A stretch of 64,000 bases of DNA. Source: an uncultured Rhodospirillales bacterium. Lineage in GTDB: Bacteria > Pseudomonadota > Alphaproteobacteria > Rhodospirillales > UBA2165. Position numbers and translations under genes: made by a program. Position 1 is the first letter of the stretch. The number at the start of each line of letters is the position of its first letter. The stretch lies in contig CAJXKD010000001.1 of the NCBI GenBank assembly GCA_913055735.1, positions 1,520,281-1,584,280 on the forward strand, in the 5' to 3' direction. This document shows positions 17,770 through 25,797 of the stretch, one piece after another. Below the pieces are notes generated by a model. That model was not told where the DNA came from. It did not search any database and was given only the letters and a program-made list of their open reading frames with translations.

Positions 17770-18900
17770 CTATATCAGAGTGCACGATTTGCACGGAGAC
17801 ACGGATTGGCGCCTGCCGTTTAGATGCTGTTCGCGCAATGCTTGATACTTCGGCCCGGTCCAAATCTCGCTGATGGATTCAAGCTCGGCGTTACCTACCG
17901 ACAAGTGCGAGCGATAGTCCACATCGCATGGATTAACGCGTCCGTCCCACCAGACAAATGTCCTACGCCATAGATCGGAGCACGGTGTTTCGATACCGTT
18001 CTTCGGATCGTCATAGGGGTTTTCCCAAGGGTTGTACTTGACGAACGCGACCTGGTCGACGAGGTCGTGCCAAAACGCCTCAATATCGGAAAAAACCTGC
18101 TCGTCAGCATATTTTACGCCGGAAACGCGCGTCACCGTTCGAGAGCTCGGATAGTCACGTTGTTTGATCTTGTTGAACATGCGGATATTGGCGAGCACCA
18201 CATCGAGTTTTCCGTTCACGCGTAGCGTGGCATAGAGATCCGGGTCTGCGGCATCGGCCGAAAACACCACCGTGTTGGGTTCAGCGGCGAGGATTGCATG
18301 TATTTTTTCCTCATTCATGAAGGATGCATTGGTATTGATTTTCAAACCGAGAAACTTGCCCGCGAGATATTCCAGCATTCCCACGATTTCTCTCGCCATC
18401 AAGGGTTCGCCGCGCGATGCAAGCGTCACCGCTTCGACCTCGTCCTCAATTTGATCGACAATATGCTTAAAGGTATCAAGCGTCATCATTCCCATGTGAC
18501 CATGTCGGCCCTGGGTGAGCATTTTGTCGGTCTGATAGCAGAAAACGCATCGGTAGTTGCAGATCGACGTCGGCTCAATCTGAACACACGGCGGGAATCC
18601 ATCCAGTTTCTGTTTGTTTGGATAAACGTCGTACCGATAGCGATAGTAGAGATACCTGAAAACCTCGTCATCCGTCCGCAAGCGCCGGATTTCCTCCGCG
18701 ACGAAGGGCGTAAGGTGAAACTCCGATTCCGGCCGTGGATTCAATATCTCATCAATTGCCGCTTTGATGATCGTGCCGCGGGTTCCGGGCACGGCGTCCG
18801 CCTTGTCGGAGATACGACGGATCCGTTCGTTGGCGGCATCCCCCGACTTGGCGCCCGCCAGTTCCGCGAAACTGTTTGCTTTTACGTATGTATCGCTCAT
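17770..18900 (-). CDS. Radical SAM enzyme with SPASM/twitch-type C-terminal Cys-rich domain
   Basis: 376 aa. IEPTSICNYRCVFCYQ (CxxxCxxC) plus the C-terminal CSDLW...DGRVNPCDVDY...SPCKSCT. Confidence 0.85.
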   Translation of the reverse strand: MSDTYVKANSFAELAGAKSGDAANERIRRISDKADAVPGTRGTIIKAAIDEILNPRPESEFHLTPFVAEEIRRLRTDDEVFRYLYYRYRYDVYPNKQKLDGFPPCVQIEPTSICNYRCVFCYQTDKMLTQGRHGHMGMMTLDTFKHIVDQIEDEVEAVTLASRGEPLMAREIVGMLEYLAGKFLGLKINTNASFMNEEKIHAILAAEPNTVVFSADAADPDLYATLRVNGKLDVVLANIRMFNKIKQRDYPSSRTVTRVSGVKYADEQVFSDIEAFWHDLVDQVAFVKYNPWENPYDDPKNGIETPCSDLWRRTFVWWDGRVNPCDVDYRSHLSVGNAELESISEIWTGPKYQALREQHLNGRRQSVSPCKSCTLI

Positions 18901-18974
18901 CTCTGGTTACTTTTTCGAGGCCAAGGCCGACACAGTTGAAATCGACCGCTTGACGGGTGGCGCTGTGGATTTTC

Positions 18975-19682
18975 TCATTCGCCGCCAGCTACGGCGATGA
19001 CTTGATTGGTGGTAAAGGCGTTCTTCTCCGAGCCGTACCAAAAGAGTGCTTCCGCGATTTCCTCGGGACGAGCGGCACGTTGCACGGGTATTTTCTCAAC
19101 TCGCTCAGCAAGGCTCCGTTCTGGAAGATGGGCATGAATCCTGGTATCCGTTACGCCGATCCGCAAGACGTTCACATACACACCACTTGCCGCCCAAGCC
19201 CTGCAACTGCCGGGGATGAATTCCTGCATATGCTTAGACAGCGAATAGCAATAGCTTTGGCTGCCACCGCCATATTTCACGCCGATACTCGACGCATGGA
19301 CGAAACGGCCAAAGCCTCTGCGCAGCATGGCAGGCGCCAGGGCCTGCATCAATATGATGCCCGGAAGGGCATTGACCGAAATGGCTCTCAAAATATCTGC
19401 CGCTTTGGCATCTTCGAATTTTAATGGCTTGAGTTCCGCGGCGAGATTGACGAATGAGTCGATATTTTGAAGTTGCTCGGGTTGCCGTTCGATCACCTTC
19501 TCCAATTCGGAGATATCGGAGAAGTCACACTTCCAGTCCATAAACGACCGAGACACGAACGCATCAAATTCGGGACGTCTCGTTCGATAGTGGCCGACGA
19601 CTTCCCAGCCTTCATCGAGATAGCGGCGGCAAAGCGCGAGACCGATATCCGAGCTTGCCCCGGCAATCAGAACTCGTGGCAT
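18975..19682 (-). CDS. Short-chain dehydrogenase/reductase (classical SDR)
   Basis: 235 aa. Motifs IAGASSDIGLAL and YSLSK (YxxxK). Confidence 0.7.
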   Translation of the reverse strand: MPRVLIAGASSDIGLALCRRYLDEGWEVVGHYRTRRPEFDAFVSRSFMDWKCDFSDISELEKVIERQPEQLQNIDSFVNLAAELKPLKFEDAKAADILRAISVNALPGIILMQALAPAMLRRGFGRFVHASSIGVKYGGGSQSYCYSLSKHMQEFIPGSCRAWAASGVYVNVLRIGVTDTRIHAHLPERSLAERVEKIPVQRAARPEEIAEALFWYGSEKNAFTTNQVIAVAGGE

Positions 19683-19709
19683 TGTTCAATCAAGACCGGT
19701 TTCACGAAT

Positions 19710-20477
19710 TCACCCATCATTCGTCTCGCCAAAGGTCCGCACCCAGTACTCCGCCTGAGGCATCTGCCATTCGTAGTCAACGTCCAGCCCGCCGGTTTGG
19801 CGCAGGGGATAGATTTTTTGGCCCATCCATTTTTGAGGCAACATGCCGTCTTCCAGGTGCTCGAGGTTATTCGGCCGTACGATGGATACGCCCATATCGG
19901 CGAACCATGCATCGCCTTGTGAATCGCGATCGCAATTCAACGTTTTTGGGTCACCAAAAGTTTCGAAGGGGACAAATGGTTCGAGAAGTCCCTCGGTATT
20001 TATTCGCCGTGCCCGCAACGGACTCCACATATTGTAACAGGAAACGGTAACGGCCGAATCGTATTCGGGATTCTCGTCCAGGACGCTTACCCCTTCTTCG
20101 ATACTGGCGATCGAGACCGTCGGCGAATTGGCCATCAGGAGAATCAGTAGATTTACGGTTTCTCCCGATTTTTCTGCTTTCTCACGGATAACCGACCATG
20201 CATGAACATAGGCATCTTCGCCGAGAGCTTCTTTCGTACACAAATAGTCCGGCCGATCGATAATCTCGGCGCCGAAATCACGGCCGATCGATTTGATCCG
20301 CTCGGAATCCGTCGAGACGAATATGCGGTCGACACTCGGTGCCTTTCTTGCCACTTCGAGCGGGTATTCAAGCATTGGTCGCCCATTTATAGGGGCGATA
20401 TTTTTCCCCGGATATCCAGTTGATCCCTCCCGTCCGATCAGGATGGCGACTACCAGACCGTTGTTTTCTTTAGGCAT
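19710..20477 (-). CDS. Cytidylyltransferase of the CMP-NeuAc synthetase (acylneuraminate cytidylyltransferase) family
   Basis: 255 aa. The N-terminal VAILIGREGSTGYPGKNIAPINGRPMLEY is the P-loop-like motif of this family. It is the second such gene in the window. Confidence 0.6.
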   Translation of the reverse strand: MPKENNGLVVAILIGREGSTGYPGKNIAPINGRPMLEYPLEVARKAPSVDRIFVSTDSERIKSIGRDFGAEIIDRPDYLCTKEALGEDAYVHAWSVIREKAEKSGETVNLLILLMANSPTVSIASIEEGVSVLDENPEYDSAVTVSCYNMWSPLRARRINTEGLLEPFVPFETFGDPKTLNCDRDSQGDAWFADMGVSIVRPNNLEHLEDGMLPQKWMGQKIYPLRQTGGLDVDYEWQMPQAEYWVRTFGETNDG

Positions 20478-20486
20478 CTGTTCCTC

Positions 20487-21356
20487 TCATCTGCGGCAAT
20501 GCCAGTTGAAATATCGATTGTGCGCTGGTCGCACGTTCATTTCCGCTGGAACTCTTTTCTCAACAGCGAAACCCACGGACTGGATCAGGTCTTGCACACG
20601 GGCAATTCCCTCGGGATCGCATTCATCGAGTTCGACAACGATTGAACGCAAACGAGAATCCATGAGAGTTTGTCGCGCCCCGTTAAAAATTTTTTCTTCG
20701 ATTCCGTCGACATCGATTTTGAGGTGAGTGGGGAATGGTAAGTCTTTCCGTCCTGCCAACCCGTCCAAGGTCATGCCGATTATACCTTGCCGATATTTTG
20801 AAGTGTTTCGGTCTGCTGCCTGCGCCATGACAAACTGCGCATGTGCCCCGCCTGGTTCTGCCGACGTCTGTTCGAGCACACCTAAGCCGTCCTCATCGGA
20901 GAGGGCAAGGCAATAAGCGTCGATCAGCGATGAAAATTCGTTGAGGGCTATATGCGACGTAAGTAGGCTAAAATTCGCTGCTCCCGGTTCGAATGCGACG
21001 ACCCTTATCCCGTGCCGCGCGGCGTAAAGGCTGTACAGCCCGATATTCGCCCCGATATCCCACATTACGTCATCCGAGCCGAATTCATCGATCCATGCCA
21101 GGGTCTCTGGCTCCTTCTCGTGAAAACTATCGATGCGATAGCGGACAATTGGCGACAGCCCATAGAACTTTAAAACCCCGGCGCTGGTGGCGACTTCGAC
21201 GATTTCGTGGATACGGGCGCCGAAGGCCTCCTCGATCACGGGTATCAATTTCCGCCGAACGGTTTTGGGAAGAACGGAAAAAGGCGCGCGAAATACCTGC
21301 ACCATCATCCTGCGGGCTAGGGCTCTGAGGCCTGTTCGAAACTGCATCGTCGTCAT
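20487..21356 (-). CDS. FkbM-family methyltransferase
   Basis: 289 aa. Motif MWDIGANIGLYSLYAARHG. Confidence 0.75.
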   Translation of the reverse strand: MTTMQFRTGLRALARRMMVQVFRAPFSVLPKTVRRKLIPVIEEAFGARIHEIVEVATSAGVLKFYGLSPIVRYRIDSFHEKEPETLAWIDEFGSDDVMWDIGANIGLYSLYAARHGIRVVAFEPGAANFSLLTSHIALNEFSSLIDAYCLALSDEDGLGVLEQTSAEPGGAHAQFVMAQAADRNTSKYRQGIIGMTLDGLAGRKDLPFPTHLKIDVDGIEEKIFNGARQTLMDSRLRSIVVELDECDPEGIARVQDLIQSVGFAVEKRVPAEMNVRPAHNRYFNWHCRR

Positions 21357-21399
21357 CTCGTTTGAGCGTGCCCTCAGACTCTATGTTTTTCGGATACCA

Positions 21400-22746
21400 T
21401 TAGGCGGCCGTTGCGAGTTGGTCAGTTAGATTGAATACGTCGATCAAGACGCCGCCTGCCGTGAAGTTTTCCCCCGCGGCTCTTCCTAAAAATGTCACGT
21501 TCGAAAATCTGTTGGCTTCCGTAGTGACAAGATCACGGGTGTTCCGTGTCAACCGCGTGGTTGGCAAGGGAAACCCATTCGCGAGATTCTCACCACGCTG
21601 ATACAAAAAGCGTGCATCGGGATCGACGACGCCGATCCTGACCATCTCCGACTTAACCAGTTCCAAGTCTTTCCCCACGTCACGCATCGACGGGGAGATG
21701 ACTTCCGCTGTGAGGTGGAAGACATCTTTTTCGTTTCGTTGCACGTTTGAATACAAGGTAATTCGGAATGTCAAAAAGCTAGGATCATGACACTGGATCA
21801 AATAGGCCGTCGTCAGAGGCGGACGATCAAACGCGAAATGGAAAAGACTTGTATATAGACGTTCGTGAGGGGCGGGCGATGCGCTTCTTTTGGTTCCTCG
21901 ACAGGCTTTGACAAAGAAGGGGATGGGAACCGTCCACAAAAGATGCGTCGTTTGAAGGGTTTTCCCGTTAGAAAGCGTGACGGCATTCACTCTGTTATTC
22001 GTAAATACAATCTCATCGATACTCGCCCCGGTAACTACTTTAACGTTTAACTTCTCTAAGCGGTCCTTCAACAAGTCGATCCATCGGCTGATTCCGCCGT
22101 GGGCCGGATAGAAGTTCCTTAAATCCGACGCCCCCTCCTTGGAGGAGTGAAACGCGAGCTTTCTGTCGTAGATCTCGAGCTTCTTTAGTTCTCGCGAAGC
22201 CTCTGGAGTTAATCCCCGGAGGCGCCCCAAGCCGAGAAGGCCGTGCGAACCGGGGGCAAGTTCATCGAGAGCACATCCATAATATTTGCCGCAAACGATC
22301 GGCTGGAATAGACGCTCGGTGAGCGTGTCACCAAAGTTCGCGCGCAACTCCTGTTCCAGGTTTTCCGGCTCTGCGTAGGGCGATGTACAGTTGAGCAGTT
22401 CGACCATGCCCTTTTCGTAAATGTCGTCGTCCAACTGTCGCATGTCGAGGAAGGGACTTTCTGCATCGAGCACACCCCCGTAAAAAGATCCCGCCTCCAG
22501 ATTCTCCAGTACGCGCCATTCAGGTTCCTGTATTCCATCGAAAAGTATTTCATCGAGGCGCTGAACGCCGGTGGATCGAAGAAAATGTGATCCGCAATCG
22601 AACGAAACGCCCAGCTCGCACGTTGTCGATTTGTAAAGCCCGCCGATTTCCGCCTCACGTTCGACGAGGCACACCTCGACTTTGTTTTCCGCAAGCAGGA
22701 TCGCGGCGACGATCCCAGCTATGCCGCCTCCAGCAACAACAATCAA
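21400..22746 (-). CDS. FAD/NAD(P)-binding oxidoreductase (amine-oxidase / UDP-galactopyranose-mutase-like fold)
   Basis: 448 aa with an apparent TTG start. The N-terminal IVVAGGGIAGIVAAILLAE...VEREAEIGG is a dinucleotide-binding beta-alpha-beta motif. Confidence 0.6.
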   Translation of the reverse strand: MIVVAGGGIAGIVAAILLAENKVEVCLVEREAEIGGLYKSTTCELGVSFDCGSHFLRSTGVQRLDEILFDGIQEPEWRVLENLEAGSFYGGVLDAESPFLDMRQLDDDIYEKGMVELLNCTSPYAEPENLEQELRANFGDTLTERLFQPIVCGKYYGCALDELAPGSHGLLGLGRLRGLTPEASRELKKLEIYDRKLAFHSSKEGASDLRNFYPAHGGISRWIDLLKDRLEKLNVKVVTGASIDEIVFTNNRVNAVTLSNGKTLQTTHLLWTVPIPFFVKACRGTKRSASPAPHERLYTSLFHFAFDRPPLTTAYLIQCHDPSFLTFRITLYSNVQRNEKDVFHLTAEVISPSMRDVGKDLELVKSEMVRIGVVDPDARFLYQRGENLANGFPLPTTRLTRNTRDLVTTEANRFSNVTFLGRAAGENFTAGGVLIDVFNLTDQLATAA

Positions 22747-22832
22747 AGGTCTTTAATCCTTCCGGAAATTGGGGTTTGAGTGACGACCAATGGGTCCATC
22801 TTGGCTAAGCGACCGTTGGTAATTGACTTCGT

Positions 22833-23540
22833 TCATGGCTTTTCGGCGACGATATGCCACTCACCGACAATCTCGGGGACGCTGAGTTTGAGGTTCTCGA
22901 TCGTATGATGCTTGAGTTCCAAAATCGTCCAATCTCGGAAGAGCACGGATCCGATCTCGGCCCGCGAATAGAACTTGATCTGGCCGACGCCGGCAAGGGG
23001 CCCCGTTATATCAATCGTCACTCCATCGGGGCCGTTCCGTCCTCCGCGCGTGGTGGTGTCGCTATAGATCTCGTTGTAGAATTTTCCGGTTGGTTTCAAG
23101 ACGCGGAAAACTTCATCGACAGCCCGTTTGGCAGCAGTTCCTCCCGTCTGCGAGATCGCGGCCCGGTTGATCGCGAAATCGAAGAAATTATCGGTAAACG
23201 GGAGATCCGTGAAATCACCGGTAATAAAGGTTCCTTCCAGATTTTCGGCATCAAAACGATTCTTGGCGAACTCGATGGCGCTGCTGCTTGCATCGATACC
23301 GAAGACTTCATGGCCCTCGCGTGCCGCAAACCAAAGATTGTTTGCGGCGCCGCATCCGATTTCCAGGATGCGTAATCTATCGGCGTGCCCTACTTGCGTT
23401 CGGTATCTGAATACGAAGGAAACCACGCCGGAATAAGGGTATAGATTTAGCTGCTTGCCATCGGCGTAGATATTCTCCCATATTGGGTCAAATGTTGTGG
23501 CAAGTGGCATGCCATCGTTGCCAGGCTCATTGTTGGGCAA
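22833..23540 (-). CDS. Class I SAM-dependent methyltransferase
   Basis: 235 aa (TTG at 23540; an alternative ATG lies at 23510). Motif I LRILEIGCGAANN. Confidence 0.75.
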   Translation of the reverse strand: MPNNEPGNDGMPLATTFDPIWENIYADGKQLNLYPYSGVVSFVFRYRTQVGHADRLRILEIGCGAANNLWFAAREGHEVFGIDASSSAIEFAKNRFDAENLEGTFITGDFTDLPFTDNFFDFAINRAAISQTGGTAAKRAVDEVFRVLKPTGKFYNEIYSDTTTRGGRNGPDGVTIDITGPLAGVGQIKFYSRAEIGSVLFRDWTILELKHHTIENLKLSVPEIVGEWHIVAEKP

Positions 23541-23606
23541 TTTCAGTTCTCCAGATAGAAATATTAGAAGTGACCGCCGGTTTTGGCGCCGTCGGAAAAT
23601 CAGACA
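23541..23606. promoter_or_regulatory. Divergent intergenic spacer between the 23540-leftward operon and the plus-strand FemAB-like gene
   Basis: Positional inference only. An AT-rich stretch (agatagaaatattagaag) lies between divergent starts. Confidence 0.3.
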
Positions 23607-24629
23607 ATGAATGATGACCCGTCAAAGTTTTACGCCCCGGGAATAATGGATTTATCGAGTTACAGCCTTGAGCGTGGATCGCCTGGGTCGGATTGGGACA
23701 GTTTTGTTGAGGTCTCGCCACAAGGAACGATCTTTGCTCTTGGTGCATCCCTGCAATCTGCCCGTGGGACCCAGAGCATTTGGTATTGCAAAAAAAACGA
23801 AGAGATAAAAGCAGGCATTGCTCTCTTGGAAAGCGAGGATGGGCATTCCTGTTTGCACGACGGGTTGATCGTCTACACCGGCATCTTGTTTGCGCCCCAC
23901 GAGAGCAATCAATCGCCCGCACAGATCAATTCTGAAAATTTTCGGATTACCTCGTCGATCATAAACAAATTAACAGACATGTACCGGACGGTAGAATTCT
24001 CACTTCATCCGTCGTTCGAAGATATGAGACCATTCCTGTGGCACAATTTCTCGAATTCCGGTCCGAAGTTTTCGTATACGCTTCGCTATACCAGCCTTCT
24101 CACTCTGGATAGCGCATTTGGGAAAGAAGAAATCGACGGTAATCCCGTTTATCTCCGCTGTAACAAGTCAAGACGACAGGAGATAAGGAAGTTTCTGGCG
24201 TCCGATATCGAGGTGGTCGAGGGGTTTTCGGAACCCGACTTTCTCTCTCTCTATCGGAAAACCTTCGACAGTCAGAACCTACAAGTCTCCGACCGGCAAC
24301 TGGACTCGATTTCTTGCTTGGTCCGAAATCTGGCGGCGGCGGACCGGTTGAAAATGTTTACGGCCTATGTCGGCGACGGCGCGCCGGCGAGTGTCGCGCT
24401 TATCGGACTGGATAGTAAAAGGGCATACTATTTGTTCGGTGCAAACGATCCCGAACACAAAACCAGTCCCGCTGGAACGGGAGTGTTATGGGAAGCATTT
24501 GCGCGCCTTTCCATGGCCGGTATCAGAGAAGTGGATTTGGAAGGAATCAACAGCCCGGCTAGAGGATATTTCAAGCTTAGTTTCGGTGGTTCGATCACGC
24601 CGTACTATATCGTGAAAATAGATCAATGA
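23607..24629 (+). CDS. FemAB/BioF2-like GNAT-fold acyl- or aminoacyl-transferase
   Basis: 340 aa from the ATG at 23607 (the track ORF starts at a TTG at 23583). The C-terminal ...KRAYYLFGANDPEHKTSPAGTGVLWEAF...FKLSFGG resembles the FemAB/Acetyltransf_6 type. Confidence 0.55.
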   Translation: MNDDPSKFYAPGIMDLSSYSLERGSPGSDWDSFVEVSPQGTIFALGASLQSARGTQSIWYCKKNEEIKAGIALLESEDGHSCLHDGLIVYTGILFAPHESNQSPAQINSENFRITSSIINKLTDMYRTVEFSLHPSFEDMRPFLWHNFSNSGPKFSYTLRYTSLLTLDSAFGKEEIDGNPVYLRCNKSRRQEIRKFLASDIEVVEGFSEPDFLSLYRKTFDSQNLQVSDRQLDSISCLVRNLAAADRLKMFTAYVGDGAPASVALIGLDSKRAYYLFGANDPEHKTSPAGTGVLWEAFARLSMAGIREVDLEGINSPARGYFKLSFGGSITPYYIVKIDQ

Positions 24630-24658
24630 ATGCTCGAGGCATTCGGTTCCGCGAACCG
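24628..24658. terminator. Two adjacent short hairpins between convergent genes (candidate bidirectional terminator)
   Basis: GAATGC-tcgag-GCATTC at 24628-24644 and CGGTTC-cgc-GAACCG at 24644-24658, followed by TTT. They lie in the 33-nt gap between the two stop codons. The stems are only 6 bp. Confidence 0.4.
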
Positions 24659-24662
24659 TTTC

Positions 24663-25586
24663 CTACCTGATTCCTTTCACGGGTTTTGCCGACGCCGTAT
24701 CTGCATTTTCCACGCACTCCCCGGCTTGATCTAATTCTTCCGTACATTGAAGCAACCCAAGCCCGAGGTCCATGTAGCTATCGCGGATTAACCGTCGGCC
24801 GGTTCGCGGCGCATAGCTGTATGGAGTTTGTTGATAGTGCCCAACCTTCTTCCCCTCATTGAAACGCAGTTCGATGTCGGGGCCGAGCATCTCCTTGATC
24901 ATGCTTAGCATATCCCGCGTTCGCATCCGTTCGTGTCCCATCAGGTGATAAATCCCGTTTTCATATGCGGGACTAAGTATATCGCAAGAGGTCTCGGCGG
25001 CATCGTGAACATGGATATACTCGCGCACCTCGTTGCCGGTCCCCTGATAGGAAATCACGCCGTCCCTGAGGGCTTCCTGCAGCATACGCCTCACCGCGTT
25101 ATCCGATCCGGCACGCGGCCCATAAAGCGAGCCAAACCGCAAGATCGTATATGGAAGGTCGAAGACCTCCTGATAATCCTGGGTCAACTGCTCGCAAGCC
25201 TGTTTGGTGCTGCGATAGAACATGCCTTGATTGCTATAGACGTATACCGAACTGGCGAGAACAAATCTGCGGACGGCGTTAGCACGTGCCGCTTCCAGAA
25301 CTTGCGTTGTTCCCACTATATTGACTTTGACGGTCTCTAGCGGGTTGTCGCTGGCCATCGCGATGTCGGCGATCCCGGCAAAATGGAAGACGCTTTCGCA
25401 TCCTTGAATTGCCTTCTCGACGATTTCGGTGTCGAGTATATCGCCGACGATCATGGTCTGTTCGGGACGCAGGTACGGCGAATGTTCCCGATCCAAAATC
25501 ACGACATCGTACCCGCGCGCGCTCAGTGCGTCCGAAACGTGGCTGCCGAGGAATCCGGATCCACCTGTAACCAATACCTTATGCAT
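24663..25586 (-). CDS. NAD-dependent sugar epimerase/dehydratase (extended SDR)
   Basis: MHKVLVTGGSGFLGSHV from the ATG at 25586 (the track ORF begins at a TTG at 25610), plus YRSTK (YxxxK). Confidence 0.75.
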   Translation of the reverse strand: MHKVLVTGGSGFLGSHVSDALSARGYDVVILDREHSPYLRPEQTMIVGDILDTEIVEKAIQGCESVFHFAGIADIAMASDNPLETVKVNIVGTTQVLEAARANAVRRFVLASSVYVYSNQGMFYRSTKQACEQLTQDYQEVFDLPYTILRFGSLYGPRAGSDNAVRRMLQEALRDGVISYQGTGNEVREYIHVHDAAETSCDILSPAYENGIYHLMGHERMRTRDMLSMIKEMLGPDIELRFNEGKKVGHYQQTPYSYAPRTGRRLIRDSYMDLGLGLLQCTEELDQAGECVENADTASAKPVKGIR

Positions 25587-25606
25587 TTTCTCTGATCGTT
25601 TCGTAT

Positions 25607-25738
25607 TCAATATGTGTATGCCCTGTAAGAAGTTTTCCGATCGGAAAGCAGGCCTCTGATCGTTTTGATTGCCGTCGAATCGACGACAACACCATCAAAA
25701 TCGAGAGCGAGCGCGTTTATTCCGGTATTGCCTTGCAA
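25607..25738 (-). pseudogene. Relic of a HAD-hydrolase gene (N-terminal about 20 codons only)
   Basis: The translation INALALDFDGVVVDSTAIKT (about 25664-25720) parallels the start of the intact HAD gene at 13117-13794 (VLALDFDGVIVDSNDIKT). Similarity then stops and the frame ends at 25607. It lies in the only sizeable non-coding gap inside the long operon. Confidence 0.45.
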
Positions 25739-25797
25739 TAGATCGGTCCTGTTTATATCTGAGGTTCGCGCCCGTGCGCCAATATTCACGTTTACGG

